A DNA stretch of 45,951 bases from Basidiobolus meristosporus CBS 931.73 (GCA_002104905.1 MCFE01000684.1:1-45951), one strand, 5' to 3'; counted from the first letter of the stretch, positions 14,463 through 29,035 are shown. Notes: generated by a model from the letters alone, not told the origin. Numbers and translations are program-made.

Positions 14463-15899
14463 TCATCGCATCTCGCCATACAGCTCCTGGAACTGGACTA
14501 GTTTTCTGGTCAGGCCTTCGACCATCTCCATCGTTGTGGGCTCTTCCATGCTGCCGGTTGCCGCAAAGGTCGTCGTGCTCTGGTTCTTCGCTTTCTCAGA
14601 GATGGCTATCTGTATGCGGGTAATGCAATCGAAAATATACTTCGTGCGTCGACTCATTTCCTGGAAAGTCATTCGGTTGCTGACATTCTTCACGCGGATA
14701 GGGGGGGAGCCTGGCAGAAGTGAGGTTAGAGGTTGCGAATGGGGATGGGGATGAAGCCATGTAGACTTACGTCTATCGGGGGTAGCTGAGCCATGCTCTT
14801 TGGCGCGAGTAGTATTTCGGGCCTGTTCGAGTGGAGCCTTTTTGGATTTCTTGCGCTTTCCGCTGGAAGGGACATCGTCGCTGGATGGGGTTGCTTTCGA
14901 GGACAATCCCAATTCCTGACTGCTGTTGCTATCTTTGTGGTGCTCTGAAGGATCGGCCAGGTTGGTTTAGTATTGACCGAGTTGGCGCCAAGTGATAGAA
15001 ACCAGGGTACCTTTCCTATCCTTCCTGGTTGATTTCCGGCTTTGTGTTTCTTCGTGGGCCTTGTAGGATTCGTCGTCAAGACTATTTTTCGTATCACGCT
15101 TTCGGCCCCTAGAGGTAGTAAGAGTGAATTCTCCATCTTCCGACTTGGAGCTGACTTTCTTTTTCTTGCGGTCCGCACGGACCAGGTATTCCTCGTCGCT
15201 TTCGGATTCTTTGGTTTTTTGGTTAGAGGCAACGGGGCTGGGCGAGCGGGTTCTCAATGCTTTCGCCCGCTTTGCCCTACTCTGCCGCTTCAAGTTGTCG
15301 AATAGGTCCCCTTCGGAAGAGGCTAGGGTTTTCCTGATGTCCGACTCATTCGGGCTTCGAAGCCTCATTTCTTCGTCCAAAGAAGCATCATTGGGCAGAG
15401 GTATGTTCTCCTCGTACTTCTTGGAGCTTGGTGAACAGCTAAAGCAAAACGTCAGCACAGGAGCAGACAGCAAGAAGAAAGGATAGATGAGCATACCTGG
15501 TGTCAGACTTACTATTGTAATACTGCAAGTACGAATGGTTTTCTGGTTTACATTGCTCACAAAAGTATTGCTCAGGGCAATCCTTTTCGTCCAGTATATT
15601 AACACATGCACAATGTTGCCATACTCTGCATAGCTCGCACTGAATCATCAGCCCCTCGTGATCCAGAGCTGTTTTGGCAGTGATGAGGCGTTACAACTTT
15701 CTGAAGGAGTGACTGATTGAGACGAGGAACTTACGTTGTTGGCCACAAACACAGCGCGTTTCTTCCTCCGACTGGGTCCGTTTACTCGTCCCGCGGTGGC
15801 CTTTACGGTTGGTAGGGTTTGGGGCTCTTCCTGCTTTTTCAAGAGTAAGTCATTACCAAACAACAAAACCTCGGCTCTTTCAAAAAAGGGCGTACCCAT
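14463..15899 (-). CDS. CTI6: PHD-finger protein, Cti6-like (Rpd3L-associated), multi-exon
   Basis: Spliced [11 protein letters not shown]|..[21 protein letters not shown]...YFCEQCKP (PHD) and C-terminal [22 protein letters not shown], which resembles the Cti6 C-terminal motif. Confidence 0.72.
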
Positions 15900-16840
15900 A
15901 TTGGTGGAGTAGGTGAAGTACAAGGTTAACCAGGAAGTGAAGTTAGGCAAAACGCTTGTAGAAGACAATCTATCGAAGTCGGCAGTTGATTCTTCAGGTT
16001 GGTTGTCTAGTAGAGTGCGTCGAATCGTTACAATAATAACCGGGAGAATATCCCGTGCCCTTTGGTAAAAAAGTATCCAGCAGCCATATATTCAAAATGG
16101 ATTGGCTTCGGAAAAAAATCAAGCTGAAATATCAAGTCAAACAGTTGATCAATGCACCTTATTTGGTCTCTACGCATACCCAAAGATATATCATTTGTGA
16201 GCCACCAGAAATCGACATGGCTTCCCTCCCTTCTGCACCTGTTATAGAAACGTAGCTTTTAGCTAGACCATATTGAAAAGCTGTTCTGATCAAGTAGAGC
16301 GCCTGATCGTGTACCTCGCACCGAGCTGCGATCTTAGAGATAAATCGCTCTTAATGTGCGCGTACGGGTGCAGTGTATGTCCAAACCCTTCGTTCTAGAT
16401 TTCACGATTCCCGAATAGTCAATTCACAAGAGTAAAGGAAGTGTTTATGGATACGCCGGTTCTGTCATACCATTGAATTAGCCAAATACTGGAGCAAGAT
16501 CGTGGCATAGATTCACATAGATGCTGGTGAGCAGGACTTGTGATGCCGATCATTGTGTCACTCCGACTATTAGTACAGATATATATACAGATATACAACT
16601 CTCCATCATATATTACCAGCCTTTGTTAGAAACTGCATGATCATGAACATGGTGTCGTGAATGGTTGTGTTTTGTTTATCGAATGGATATGTAAAGCTGT
16701 GAATAGGAAAGAGATTACACCAGGCATTGATATCAAACTGGCTGCCACCAAGCTGTTGCCGATGATGCCACTCAGGGCGAGTTCCGCCATACGATGTTCA
16801 CACCAACCAACACTTAAAACGTCCCAACCGTGTGTAGAAT

Positions 16841-17539
16841 CTAAAACAAAGAACTAGCATTCTGGACCAAATGGGCAAGGGGGATGAAGATTGGTGCATA
16901 CAGCGTATCGGAACGAGTGATATCCTCCAACGACACCCATTTCCAGCATTCGCACTTGTTCGGCTCCATAACCTATTGAAGTAGTCAATACCATTTCAGG
17001 GAAAGCCCAATAATTACATCAACCCCTACCTTCGCCTCGGGGTAAGATTCTTCAAGATTGGCTCTGACAAAAACTGTTACATAATGCCTGTTCTCTTCCA
17101 GCATGGGGTCGTTGGTAGCATAGAAATAGCTGAATTTTTCGGCTGGGATGACTAGCCCAGTTTCTTCCTCGGTTTCGCCTGCAACGTATGTGTACATTAA
17201 TACCGCAACAGGGCTGAACCGACAAATAGTAGCTTACGAGAGGCACAGACTTCAAAGTCCTCACCAAACTCCAGGTGGCCTATTAATCATCAAGTAGATG
17301 GTGTACAGTTTAATATTATTGTGCGGAAGCTATATTTGCATATTGTGAAATGAAGCGTACCCCCTGGTAGAGCCCATGTTCCTAAAGTGGACGTCAAATT
17401 AGAACTAGAATATCAGCCATTTACAGAGCGCTGCGTGTATACCTTCTCCATGGCTGCCCTTCCGTTTGCCAATGAGAAACTTTCCGTCCGGACGAAAGAT
17501 TAAGGCACCACAGCCAACGCGCACTTGGTTCCCGGGCAT
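16841..17539 (-). CDS. Nudix hydrolase, NUDT15/MutT-like, multi-exon
   Basis: MPGNQVRVGCGALIF...LIGKRKGSHGEG; Nudix box pieces GHLEFGEDFEVCASR|ETEEETGL; HYVTVFV; MEPNKCECWKW. Confidence 0.88.
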
Positions 17540-18167
17540 GATGTATCCAAGAAATAGTATTCAACAATAGTATTTGTCTCCCCGCGAGCATTTTATACAC
17601 AATCGATATCCGGCCAATCAGAGAAGACCAATCAAGCGCACGATGTGTATTTGCCATTTATAATCCACTGCATTCATGTATTCACTATGAGACGGCAATG
17701 CTGAAGCAAAATGAGTGACAGCAGACACAACACTCATTTAGGAATCAGTGTCTCTGGCTTGAGCAGAGAAAACATATGGCCTGTAGCACGTTGTTTAAAG
17801 AATGAAATGGCATTAGGTAGACTCTGGGTGATCGTGATCGAACTGATAATGATGCAGCTCGCTGCTAGCGATAAATGTTTCATGGTGAAATAGTCGAGTG
17901 TTCTAAAGATGCGCAACCATGAAAATATTGCATTTCTGATTTAATTCGGATTTGATGGTGATTCTCCACTAATAATAGCTCTGTTGATGTTTGTGGGATT
18001 ATTCGCACATGATATTTGTATCCTATCGGTCATGTTACAATAAGTGTAAATTCAAAACAAACATTTTTTTCTGAAGTTGTCAAATATCCGCATCTTCTAT
18101 TGCCTGAAGGTGTCTTGTTCTCGTGGTATGATACTTGAGCTATAGAAATATAGCTAGATACCTGGAA

Positions 18168-21100
18168 ATGAAAGTATTATGCGTCGCTGAAAAGCCATCC
18201 ATAGCCAAAAGTATTGCCCAAATTTTATCCAACGGATCCGTGCGCACCGTAAGTTGCTTCAATTCTTTTCGTTACCGCTTTGCACCTTCTGCTGAATCTG
18301 CTCACTCGTAGAGGAGTGTACCCGATCTCCCCTCTCCACTCAACTTTCTTTAGCTAGTGGTTTATGGACTTATATACATATATTCATATATGTATTTACT
18401 TCGCTAAAACACCTTCAGATATAGTTATTGACTGCATATTTGCATTGATTCTCATCACGATCTAGAGGAATGGTAGAAACAAATATTGCAAAAACTTTGA
18501 TTTCCAATACAAGTACAACGGGCAACTTTGCCAGTTCACCATGACCTCGTTGCTTGGCCATTTAATGACGTTGGATTTTGGACCAAGCCATAAAAAGTGG
18601 TACTCTTGCCAACCTTTGTCGTTATTTGAAGCTCCAGTGTATAAGACCGTAAACCCGGTATATATCAATCGAAGCCAAGAAGAATATGCTTTTCTTTCTG
18701 AACCTTTCTAAATTCTGGGAACATCAATTTCATAGGATTTCAAGGATATAGTCGCTAATCTAGAACAGGAGGTACGCGGTGCTTCTATGCTTATGATCTG
18801 GACAGATTGCGATAGAGAGGGAGAGAATATTGGTAGTGAGATCGTAGAAGTTTGTCGCAGAGTTAATAGTAGGGTGCGTGTGTTAAGAGCCAAGTTCTCA
18901 GTAGTAATGGCAAGGTAAGCTATAGCCCAAGGACTTCGTGAGGGTGCGGCGCAGGGTCGGTCAGTTCAACAATTGGTTAATCAGTTTGCCACCATAGAGA
19001 AATTCACGTAGCGTGCCAGAATCCGATGACTTTGGATATCAGGCAGGTGGATGCTGTCGATGCACGTACCGAGCTAGATCTGAGAATTGGAGCAGCCTTT
19101 ACGCGATTTCAGACACTCCAGCTCACCCCTAAATTCCACGAACTCGACCAAAAACTAATCAGCTACGGTGAGTAGAACCGCCAAGCGTGTTTACTTGGGT
19201 GGAGGTTGTCAGTGAAGCTAACATGCGCTCCTAAACCTAGGGCCGTGCCAGTTTCCAACGCTAGGGTTTATCGTCGATCAGTTTTTGAGGGTGGAGAATT
19301 TCGTACCAGAGGATTTCTGGAAGATCGAAGTGTCGGTCAATCGGGAGGATGGGATTGCCAAGTTCAACTGGAAGAGATCCTGCCTGTACGACCAACTGAT
19401 TTGTCTTGTGTTGTATGAGAGATGCGTTGAGAACTCGATGGCTACTGTCACTTCAGTGAAGTCGAAGCCCACTAGCAAATGGTTAGTTCTTTGCTGGAAA
19501 TGGGTGCTCTCCTCCGCATAGATCTCGCGGACTTATCATCACCTTATCATAGGAAGCCACTGCCTCTGACCACAGTCGAACTCCAAAAGTCCGGTGCCCG
19601 TTTTCTTAAAATGTCATCTGATCGAATCATGACGGTACGGTTGGGATATCATTTGAACGTATGTAGCACAGGTGCTAGACATGAACTGTTGCTTAGGTTG
19701 CCGAAAGCCTTTACAATCGAGGTTTCATTAGTTATCCAAGAACAGAAACGGATCAGTTTGAAAGCAATTTTCAACTGATGCCGCTGATTGAGAAGCAGAC
19801 CAGTGACCCGCAATGGGGTGCATATGCCAGAAGGTATTAAGCCATACTCTTTGGTGGTGCCGGCTGCTGTTTCTAACTTGAGCACATGGAAATAGGCTTG
19901 TGGCTGGGGAGTTCAGTTTCCCTCGAAAAGGCAAAAACAACGATAAAGCGCATCCCCCCATTCATCCAACCGCATGGGCAGGCAATCTATCTGGAGATGA
20001 CAGGAAGGTCTATGAATTCATTGTTCGACGATTTCTTGCTTGCTGTTCCGAAAATGCCAAAGGGCATGAAACCATTGTTGAAATTAATATCGCCGATGAG
20101 ATTTTTACTACCAAAGGTACGATGTGATGCTTAGTGGTTATTTCTGTGCCTCGAACTAACATTGTCTAGGCTTAATGATTATCGCTAGAAACTACTTGGA
20201 GATATACCCGTACGACCGTTGGAATGGTAATACCATCCCAGTGTTCACTGAAGGTGAACAATTTATGCCTGACAGTCTGGAAATGACGGAAGGGAAAACC
20301 AGTCCTCCTTCTCTTCTGACAGAGGCTGATCTGATTGCTGTCATGGATAAAAACGGCATAGGTACGTTACCCCGCTACCATATTGGTGAATGGATTTAGC
20401 ATCGAGCTTAACGAATTGCTTAGGCACTGATGCCACCATCCACGAGCATATCAAGAAAGTTTTGGATCGTGGATATGCCTTCAAAGAGGACAACTATTTT
20501 GTTCCTTCAACGCTGGGGATTGCACTCGTTGAAGGATATGATATGATTGACTTCGAGATGTCGCTCTCCAAGCCATTTCTTCGTAGAGAGGTAAGTCTAG
20601 ACGCCGATGGATCTTCAAGAGTGGTTACTGAAGCGAACTCTCCTACAGATGGAAATCAACATGAAAAAAATATGCGAAGGATCACAAACCAAGGACCTTG
20701 TGATAAGGCAGGGAGTCGGCATGTATCGTGAAGTCTTTATCAAGAGCAATGATCAATGTTTCAAGCTAGAAGAGGTGCCTGATTGATATACTGCGTTAAG
20801 AATTGCAAACCTTGACTAACTGTTGAATAGGCGTTGGCTAAGCATTTCGGTCATCTCCCAGAAGACCCAGATCCATCATCAAGGGTATTGGCCATTTATG
20901 TTTTGGTTATGCAACTGGCACTAACTGCTCTCTTATAGAATAACGGCAGTGGAGGAGGTGGTGGTGGGGGTGGTGATGGAGGAAATGACGATGGTTATGG
21001 CAGTGGAAGAGGAGGGAATTCACAATATAATTACTCGCCACTTCCGGACGGGACTGTAATCCCTTCCTGCCATTGTGGACTGCCAAGTGTGCATAGAACC

Positions 21101-22267
21101 GTTAAAAAGGAAGGAGCCAATCAAGGGAAACAGTTTTTCTGCTGCTCCAAGGCACAGGATGATGGTAGATGTGACTTCTTTCAATGGGTTGATCCAAATT
21201 CAGCACCGGTATGCTTGATTTCTCGATATACGATGCTAGACGAGTTGCTGACCATTCGAAAAAGACAACAACTTCTAGCAGGCCGGCTTCCTTCAGCGAG
21301 TCCGCGAATACTTATGGGTTTCCCCAGCACTCTGCCTACCATGGAAGTAGTCGGGATACGGGAACTAGTACCCCATTTCGTAGTAGTTTTGGCAATGCTT
21401 GCGATGCTCCTGAGTGCTCATGCGGCGAGCCTTCGGCTCTAAGAACTGTTCGTAAAGAAGGCCCAAATACAGGTAGACAATTTTACGGTTGTTCAAAGCC
21501 TCAAGGGCAGGGGTGCGATTTTTTCCAATGGAGTGATGAGTTATCGTCAGCTACAGCACCTCTGGATAACCCAGAGCGAGCTGATGCTTTCAGCCGTGGG
21601 ACAGACAATGGATTTTGGTCCATGCTGACTAACGTAAGTTACACTGTATGTTACATAATCGATTCAGTCTTTTGACGTAGATTTCAGCAATTCGATAATG
21701 ATACATCAAGTGATGCTCCGAATCCCAGTAAACCAAAGTGCGGTTGTAGTCTGACTGCGGTCATGAAGACAGTTTCCAAAGACGGGCCCAACAAAGGCAA
21801 AAAGTTCTTCACATGCACTAAATCCATTCGAAGATGCTCTTTCTTTCAATGGGTTGAAGATGACATAAGCGCCAATCAGGGCAGCACAAACCATTCCTCG
21901 CCCGGGGCTTCAAGTATCTGCTACAAATGTAATCAGGTAATGGGAAGAACACAGAACGGCGATGCATATCAAAACTGTACTCATGAGAAGTTTCTAGCCT
22001 GGTCATTTTGGAAGGGATTGCCCTCAGCCGAACGCAACTCGGAAAAAGGCATCCAGTAGTAGTAGTAATAGCTGCTACAATTGTAACAAGGTAATATAGC
22101 ATACTTTTCTGGTGAGCAACCCGAATTTACTCAATTAGGATATTTAGAAGGGGCATTTTGCGAGTGACTGTCCAATGAAAGTTGGTGGAGGACAAGCAAA
22201 AAGCACGATGACCAAGAGCAAGCGCTCATCAACAGGAAAATCCAGTCGTGGGAAGAGGCGGAAATAA
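18168..22267 (+). CDS. TOP3: DNA topoisomerase III alpha with C-terminal GRF zinc fingers and CCHC knuckles, multi-exon
   Basis: MKVLCVAEKPSIAK, TOPRIM IWTDCDREGENIG, active-site GFISYPRTETD, AHPPIHPT, GTDATIHEHI, three GRF fingers and two CX2CX4HX4C knuckles. Confidence 0.93.
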
Positions 22268-23212
22268 CCTTCAAGTGGGCTTTAAATGGACTCCTTGAGA
22301 ATGTAAATTAGTCATGTTCTTCGGCATATATTCACAAATACAAGTTCTGTTTTGTTGTAAATGATTTTGAGCCAATAAATAATAAATTATACACTTCGGG
22401 TTTAGACCAGGAAAACGGATGAATCAGAAGCCGCTGACCGATGAGATTTGCTCATTTCCCGAGCAGTATCCAGCTGTGTGCCCTCCTATGAATATGGCTG
22501 TGACTAAATAGCACATACTGCTGGCAAGACATTTTCTGTCGCAAGGAGTCTTTATTAATCCGACCATTCCCACATTTAATATAATGTTAGTATTCTCGCA
22601 AAGTGAGACATGTTGCATTTATCAATGGGTGTAGGATGTGCCTATATAAGTGTAACCTCTACCTGTGAAGGTCTAGAGATCTCGTGAAAATTCGATTTCC
22701 GTGGAACAAATTCAAACCTGCTTGTAAGTATATGCAGTGAAAATATCATCTCAACTTCACCAGAATTTGGAGATCGCGTGAGGTAAGGTGAGATTAAATT
22801 GCCATAGACAAAGGCTCATTGGTGTGGCACCAGTACTCCACTCTGGGAAAGTTTGGTAATGACTGCTATTATAGTATAGCCGCTAACTGTAGTGCTCACC
22901 ACATCCTCGTTCTGTTGTTTGATTTTCCTGAATTTGCTCTTATATAGGGCACAAATTCATCTTAATTGTATTACCAGGCATCGCACAGTACACGAAGTTG
23001 TGAAATTTAGGGATGGTAGTAATGAGCTGCGTAGGTGTAACTTGCGAACTCAATTGTCTATAGCCGAAGTCTTCACCTGATCGACCTCTCTCCAATGTTG
23101 CACCATTGACGTCTTGCTCTGTTTCGTTGCTTTAAAAGGGTAGCCCAAGTCCTTTGGAGCCTCATTCTGATCGTGATCTTTTATACTTTTCCTTGTTGTG
23201 CCTGTTACGAAG

Positions 23213-25817
23213 ATGCTGTGGACCAAAGTGTTGGGATCTTTGAGCTTAGCCAGCATGGCTTTCGCTGCAGACTACTTGGTAAGATGATAGAAATGTCTCA
23301 TGTACATAGTGGCTTTACTCATCTTTTCGGTTCACCTTTTCTTCAATTGAAGATTGGTGCGGGCATTGCTGACATCACTGGGTATGCATTCGTTCATCAA
23401 CAATATGGCATGCTTAAACTCTGTTAACTGTTCTCTATTGTTATCCGATCTTAATTCCAAACATCAACAGCCCAGCTGGTATGTTGGTTTATCCATTTGA
23501 ACATATTCAACTTGACTAAGTATTTGTTTCATGTAGCCGAGGTCAATATGATGGTAGGTCATATCACAGGCGATGCGTGGGCTGCTCTGACTTTTCTCTT
23601 CTCGTAGGGATATGCGAAATCTAGCCAAAAATCCGCGGGCATTCATTTCAGGCTCCGTTCTAGAGGTAAGTATCAGTTGCCACTTGAGCATTTTGCGAGA
23701 TATTATCTTGACAGTTTCGTTGATTTCAAGCCTTTATCATTGGTGACCAAAATGCTAGTGACAAGCGTGTAGTCTATGTCTCGGCAGACATCGGGATGAT
23801 TTCGCAAGTTATTCGCCGTCGTGTCGTCGCAAAATTGAAAACCCTCTACGGGAATCTCTATAATGATGACAACGTTGCTCTTACAGGCACACATACTCAC
23901 AGCGGCCCTGGTGGTTGGCATCAGTATGTCCTTTACCAGTTTACTAATCTTGGATTCATTGAGGAAGCAACCCGCCCCGTTGTTGATGGCATAGTTAATT
24001 CGATTAAAAAAGCACACGAGAGCATGGTCCCTGGCTCTATCACCACCTCCTCCGGAGATGTGGAGAATGGGAACATCAACCGATCCCCTTGGGCGTATGA
24101 ACAAAATCCCGAGTCAGAAAGGGCTCGCTACAAGCACAACACTGATACAAATATGAGATTGATCAAATTCACGGATGAGTCAGGAAAGCCTATCGGTATA
24201 CTAAATTGGTACGCAGTGCACTGTACTTCTATGAACTCCGACAATCTCTTGATCAGTGGGGACAATAAGGGATATGCTTCCTACTTGTTTGAGAAGGAAA
24301 TGAACGAGAACACCTTACCCGGCACTGGGAAGTTTGTTGCGGGCTTCGCTCAGTCAAACATGGGCGATGTCTCTCCAAATACCCAAGGCCCTCGTTGCCT
24401 GGATACGGGATTACCCTGCGACTATAAAACGAGCACGTGTGATGGCAAGAATGCTCTGTGTGTGGCCAGGTAACCAACCCGAACGGATGTACCTTCTTCT
24501 GCTCAAAGTACTCACATCAAATTTAGAGGACCTGGCTACGAAACTGGCGGAGATGTGGAATCTACTCGCATCATTGGATCCTATCAGTATCAAACGGCTA
24601 GGAAGTTAATGAACGAGGCCACCAATGCAATCAAAGGATCCATCGATTTCAGACATCAGTTCGTCGATATGACTGGAGTTCAAGTCAAGCTAAACGCTAC
24701 CACCACCGTAAACCTATGCAAGCCGGCCATGGGGTATTCCTTTGCTGCGGGCACCACAGATGGTAAGGGTCACATCCAATATAATCCGACTCTCCCCACT
24801 CATCGAACCCCTATGACCAGGACCTGGTGAGTTTGACTTCAAGCAGGGTGACTCCGATAAAAAACACCCATTCTGGGATGTAGTCAGGGCATTTATTACT
24901 ACTCCCAGCAAGGAGCTTGAGGCGTGCCATTCACCGAAGCCCATTCTCTTGGCAACCGGCGAGATTAAATTGCCTTACATGTGGCAACCTAAAGTGGTAG
25001 ATATTCAGATTCTGCGCATTGGCCAGTTGGTGATTGCAGTTGTTCCTGGTGAATTTACAACCATGAGTGGCCGTCGTTTGCGCGAAGCCATAGCCAAAGT
25101 GTTCCTCGAGACTAGCGATATAAAGGACCCCATCGTGGTCTTGGCAGGGCCGTCCAATACTTATTCTAGTTACATCGCTACACCAGAAGAATATTCAGTT
25201 CAGCGATATGAGGGTGGGTCTACAATCTACGGGCCAAACACATTACCCGGATATATACAGCTTTACAGCGAGATGGCCGCTGCCATGATTCAAAACAAGC
25301 CTACCGTATCGCTTACCCAGCCACCAGATCTTACTCCAGGTGCTATCAATCTTCAAACTGGTGTTGTATTGGATACAGCCCCAATTGGAAAGAAGTTTGG
25401 TAATGTATTGAAGGATGCTAACGATTCCTATAAGCCCGGAAACACCGTTTCGGTAACCTTCGTAGGCGGACATCCAAAAAACAAGATCACCCTGGAGGAT
25501 ACTTTCCTGACTGTAGAAATGCAGTCCTCAGATGGGTGGAAGACAGTTAAAAACGACGGGGACTGGAGCACCAAGTTCCAATGGGCGAGACAGGGAGTTT
25601 CCGAGAGCTTGGTTACTATCGAATGGCAGATCGAACCAGACACCAAGCGTAAGTATTGCTAGCAAAGCTGGTTGATATGGGCAATCTAAACTAACTTGTT
25701 ATGGAAACTCCTATTCTAGCTGGTTCTTATCGTATTGGTTATTTCGGCGCTAATAAGGCATTTGGAAAAATCACCCCTCACTCCGGCTATACTAAAGAGT
25801 TCAAAATTCAAAATTAA
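23213..25817 (+). CDS. Neutral/alkaline non-lysosomal ceramidase, secreted, multi-exon
   Basis: Signal peptide MLWTKVLGSLSLASMAFA; IADITGPAAEVNMMGYA, GTHTHSGPG, HCTSM, GDVSPN, PGEFTTMSGRRLR and YIATPEEYSVQRYEGGST. Confidence 0.93.
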
Positions 25818-26835
25818 CAGGAATGCTTCAGTCTATTCTGCACAGCTCTTTTCGGTTTTACCTGGCATGTGCAGTTGCATCAGGGTAGTGAATTAATCAT
25901 CGGCTCAGGTTAATCTTAGTCTACGTAATAAATTGGGTCATATCAATTCAACAAGTCAGATGTTACTCGTACTTTGGGAACAAGTTCAGGAATTTCGGAT
26001 CTTGGGACATTGATTTGATTTGCACCATACATAAATCAATAAACATCCAATTGTCTAAAAAATTTCCCGCCTCAACGTTCAAAAAATCAGGGTCAAGGGC
26101 TATATAAGAGCATAATGCTACATGAAGCATGTGGACCCAAAGTTACACTCATCATTTTTAGATTCTAGGTATGTGGGAGGCATATCGGGACTCATAGGTC
26201 TATGGTATTATCAAACTACAATCCAAAGCTAGCTTGTTGCCACTACCCTAGATATCTGAAAATTTGCCACATTTAATACTAAGCAAATCATTTGCTACAC
26301 ATGTAGTGTCTAGGATTATAGGAATTTATGAGCTACAAAACTGATTAGTTTTGTGTGAACCATATGTACAATCTGGAGCCCTTGGGTATACATTTGAGGG
26401 CAAACAACCCCTATGCCGCTCCCGACGAAACTATCAAGAATGTAGCTGGGTCTCATCATGCCGAAGTCCCCAAATAACCCCATCTGCAGAACAACACTAA
26501 TGTCACATGTAGCGTCAGAAAATGTAGGACCACCGCCTCGGCCACGCTATAAAGCAGGATACGATAGAATACAAGGCGTAATTTGTGTATGTATCACACA
26601 TTTACTTTGCCTGGTCACCGTTGAAATTGGATTTATCTGAAAGCCGGTGCTTGTCAGCAATCCCATGAAGACAAACAGAAGGAGTTCAGCGTAGTGGAAT
26701 TTATTAAAATTACATGGCCTATGTACAGGATATTCTCCAATGATACGCTGACAATATTTACACTGATTACATGAGTAGTCGATACAATCGAACTGCTGGC
26801 GGATTGATAGAGTGTGCGGATGTACCGAAAAAACG

Positions 26836-27916
26836 TTAGTGGCCATTCTCCCGCTCAGAAGGTCCGGGGTAACAAGGCGGCTCGTCATCCGCTTTGTACG
26901 AAGGCAATATTTCCAATAGCTCCGATTGCTCTCGGGATCTTAACACGATGCCTAGGTTGAGATAGAGTTCACTTCCGCCAAAGAAATGGTCACAGAAAAT
27001 GATTTTCCCGATGATCCTGTGACGCACTCGGATGTACTTGGTGGTTGAGTCATAGATAGCTGTCTGTGGAATTGCCACAGTCGCTAGAGCTTTGCAAGTG
27101 AGGTTTGGCTTGAATACGAAGGAGAACCTATCAGTCTTTACGATGCTGCTAGAGTTCTGAAGGAGTGTGCCGTCAAATGTCGGATACGATATAATTTCTT
27201 CCAGCGTCATCTCTATCTTCTTGATTTTCAGAATCCTTTCAAGGAAGCGAATCTTCATCTCGACTAGAATCTGCTCATGATGATCGTATACTGGCATTTC
27301 TGTACTCATGCTGCAGAAAACCTGCTCTTTCAGCCATGAAATCGAGGTCACCGAAGGAGTAAGGTAAGCTTCACTAATCGGATGAGGAGCACGCTTGAGT
27401 TGTAGCGTCTTTCCAACTTGGATATTAAAATGAAAGCCGACTTTCTCGACTTCGGCGAACAAGGTGTACTCAATAACCCCGCCAGGAACCTGAACTGATT
27501 CAGGAAGTCTGCCGCTGACGGGTATCTCGAATTCAAAATGGTATTTGTTCGGAGGTAGATAGCACTTGTCTTTGTTGGGGCGGACGAGCGGCCAGCTTCG
27601 GTCCACCAGGAGGTATGTTTGTTTTGGATTCTCTATAGAGGTTCAAAGTAGGGCTGGTTAGAACTGTTCGGAGTGGTAAATAGCGACGAGCGTCGCACTT
27701 ACTGTAGCTAGCAAAGATCTCAGTTTTACCAACAAATCTCAAGTTAATGCCTCTGGTGATCAAAAGGTTGCTCAGGTTCAGGTCCACATAACCGCGCAGA
27801 ACACAGCCAGAAGAATCTTCCGGCGTCCCATACATAACCAAGGAGTCTTCAAAAACATTTATACTGAGATCCTCTTGGTTCCGAAAAATAAGTGGATTCT
27901 TTATGAAGTGAGCCAT
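26836..27916 (-). CDS. Alpha-arrestin (ART/Rod1-like adaptor), one intron
   Basis: SGCVLRGYVDLNL...INLRFVGKT, YHFEFEIPVSGRLPESV...IEYTLFAEV, and C-terminal LPSY and PPCY (PY motifs). Confidence 0.82.
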
Positions 27917-29035
27917 TCGTTAAACTTAAAAGGTACCGCGGAAAGAGTAAACTCACCTTCTGATGCGAGATACATATATATATAATGTAGGACGAAAAAT
28001 TCAAGATCACCCTGATCAAAGAGAGGGAGAGTTCTGCTCTCTTGCGCTATCTTGATTCCTCGAGTCCAATCAATTTGTTGAGCCCACGTAGCGCCTATGT
28101 GTGAAATGCCGAATATGGAATGTATGTTTGATCAAAGAGGATACCTATGTATCAAACTAAGGCGATTCTCAGCCGATAATATCAGGTACGCAATAAGCAT
28201 ACAAGTAATAGAAATAAAATACATGCGTCTTGCTGTATTGTAACCTGTTTTAGCACCATAGCATCTCAAATTTCATCATTGATCCCGAAATCCAATCATC
28301 TCTCGCCTAGTAATTCTGCTTCCTTAATATAGGCCAACTTGCCTATTACGATTCATGAAAATGGAAGCATTGTTTACTTTGATTTGACCGATAGCGGACA
28401 AATATGGTGGCATTCGGAGCAGAGCTTTTCAAGATGGCAGTTGGCTCCGAAGTTTTAAGGCGCTTGGTGTAGAAACTGGATGTTACACTCAGTGAGCTGG
28501 ATGCTATCCATACTGCGGTGGGGTGCATGGGTGTGAAAAAATGGATTCCATTTTCCATTCTATATATGGGGATATTGTCCAGGACGTAAAGAGTAATTTG
28601 GAGCGTCCAAGGTGTGAATAGACTACGAGCGCTATGTAACCTATTCTCCAAAAGGCACCATTCAAATTCTCGAATCGGCCTTCTGTGTGACATGGCCCTG
28701 GTAATGCCATCATATCATAGGTAAACCCTAATATACACTGCATGAACGTAATTTGTCAACACGAACTTTTTTCTAGCGGTGGCTCCCAATAGCTTGGTGG
28801 ATGATTCTCTTAAATGGCAAAAAGTCATGTAAGACAGCCCACTCCAGGTTCGATCGCCGAAGTCCAGATTCTTGGATGTGCTAAGAGAGGAAACATTCAG
28901 ATGCGGCTGCAATATGCCACTTACTGTGTTGTGGAGAATTTGGGGCTTTAGTGCGACTCAGCGCAGTATTTGGTGATTAATTAATAGTTGGGCCAGCTGG
29001 TTTAGAATAGCTCGAAACCCTAACTTCACCAGCCA

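Noticed and set aside
28340-28920. Short ORFs between the arrestin and MFS genes
   Set aside because: I could not build a coherent gene or recognise a family.
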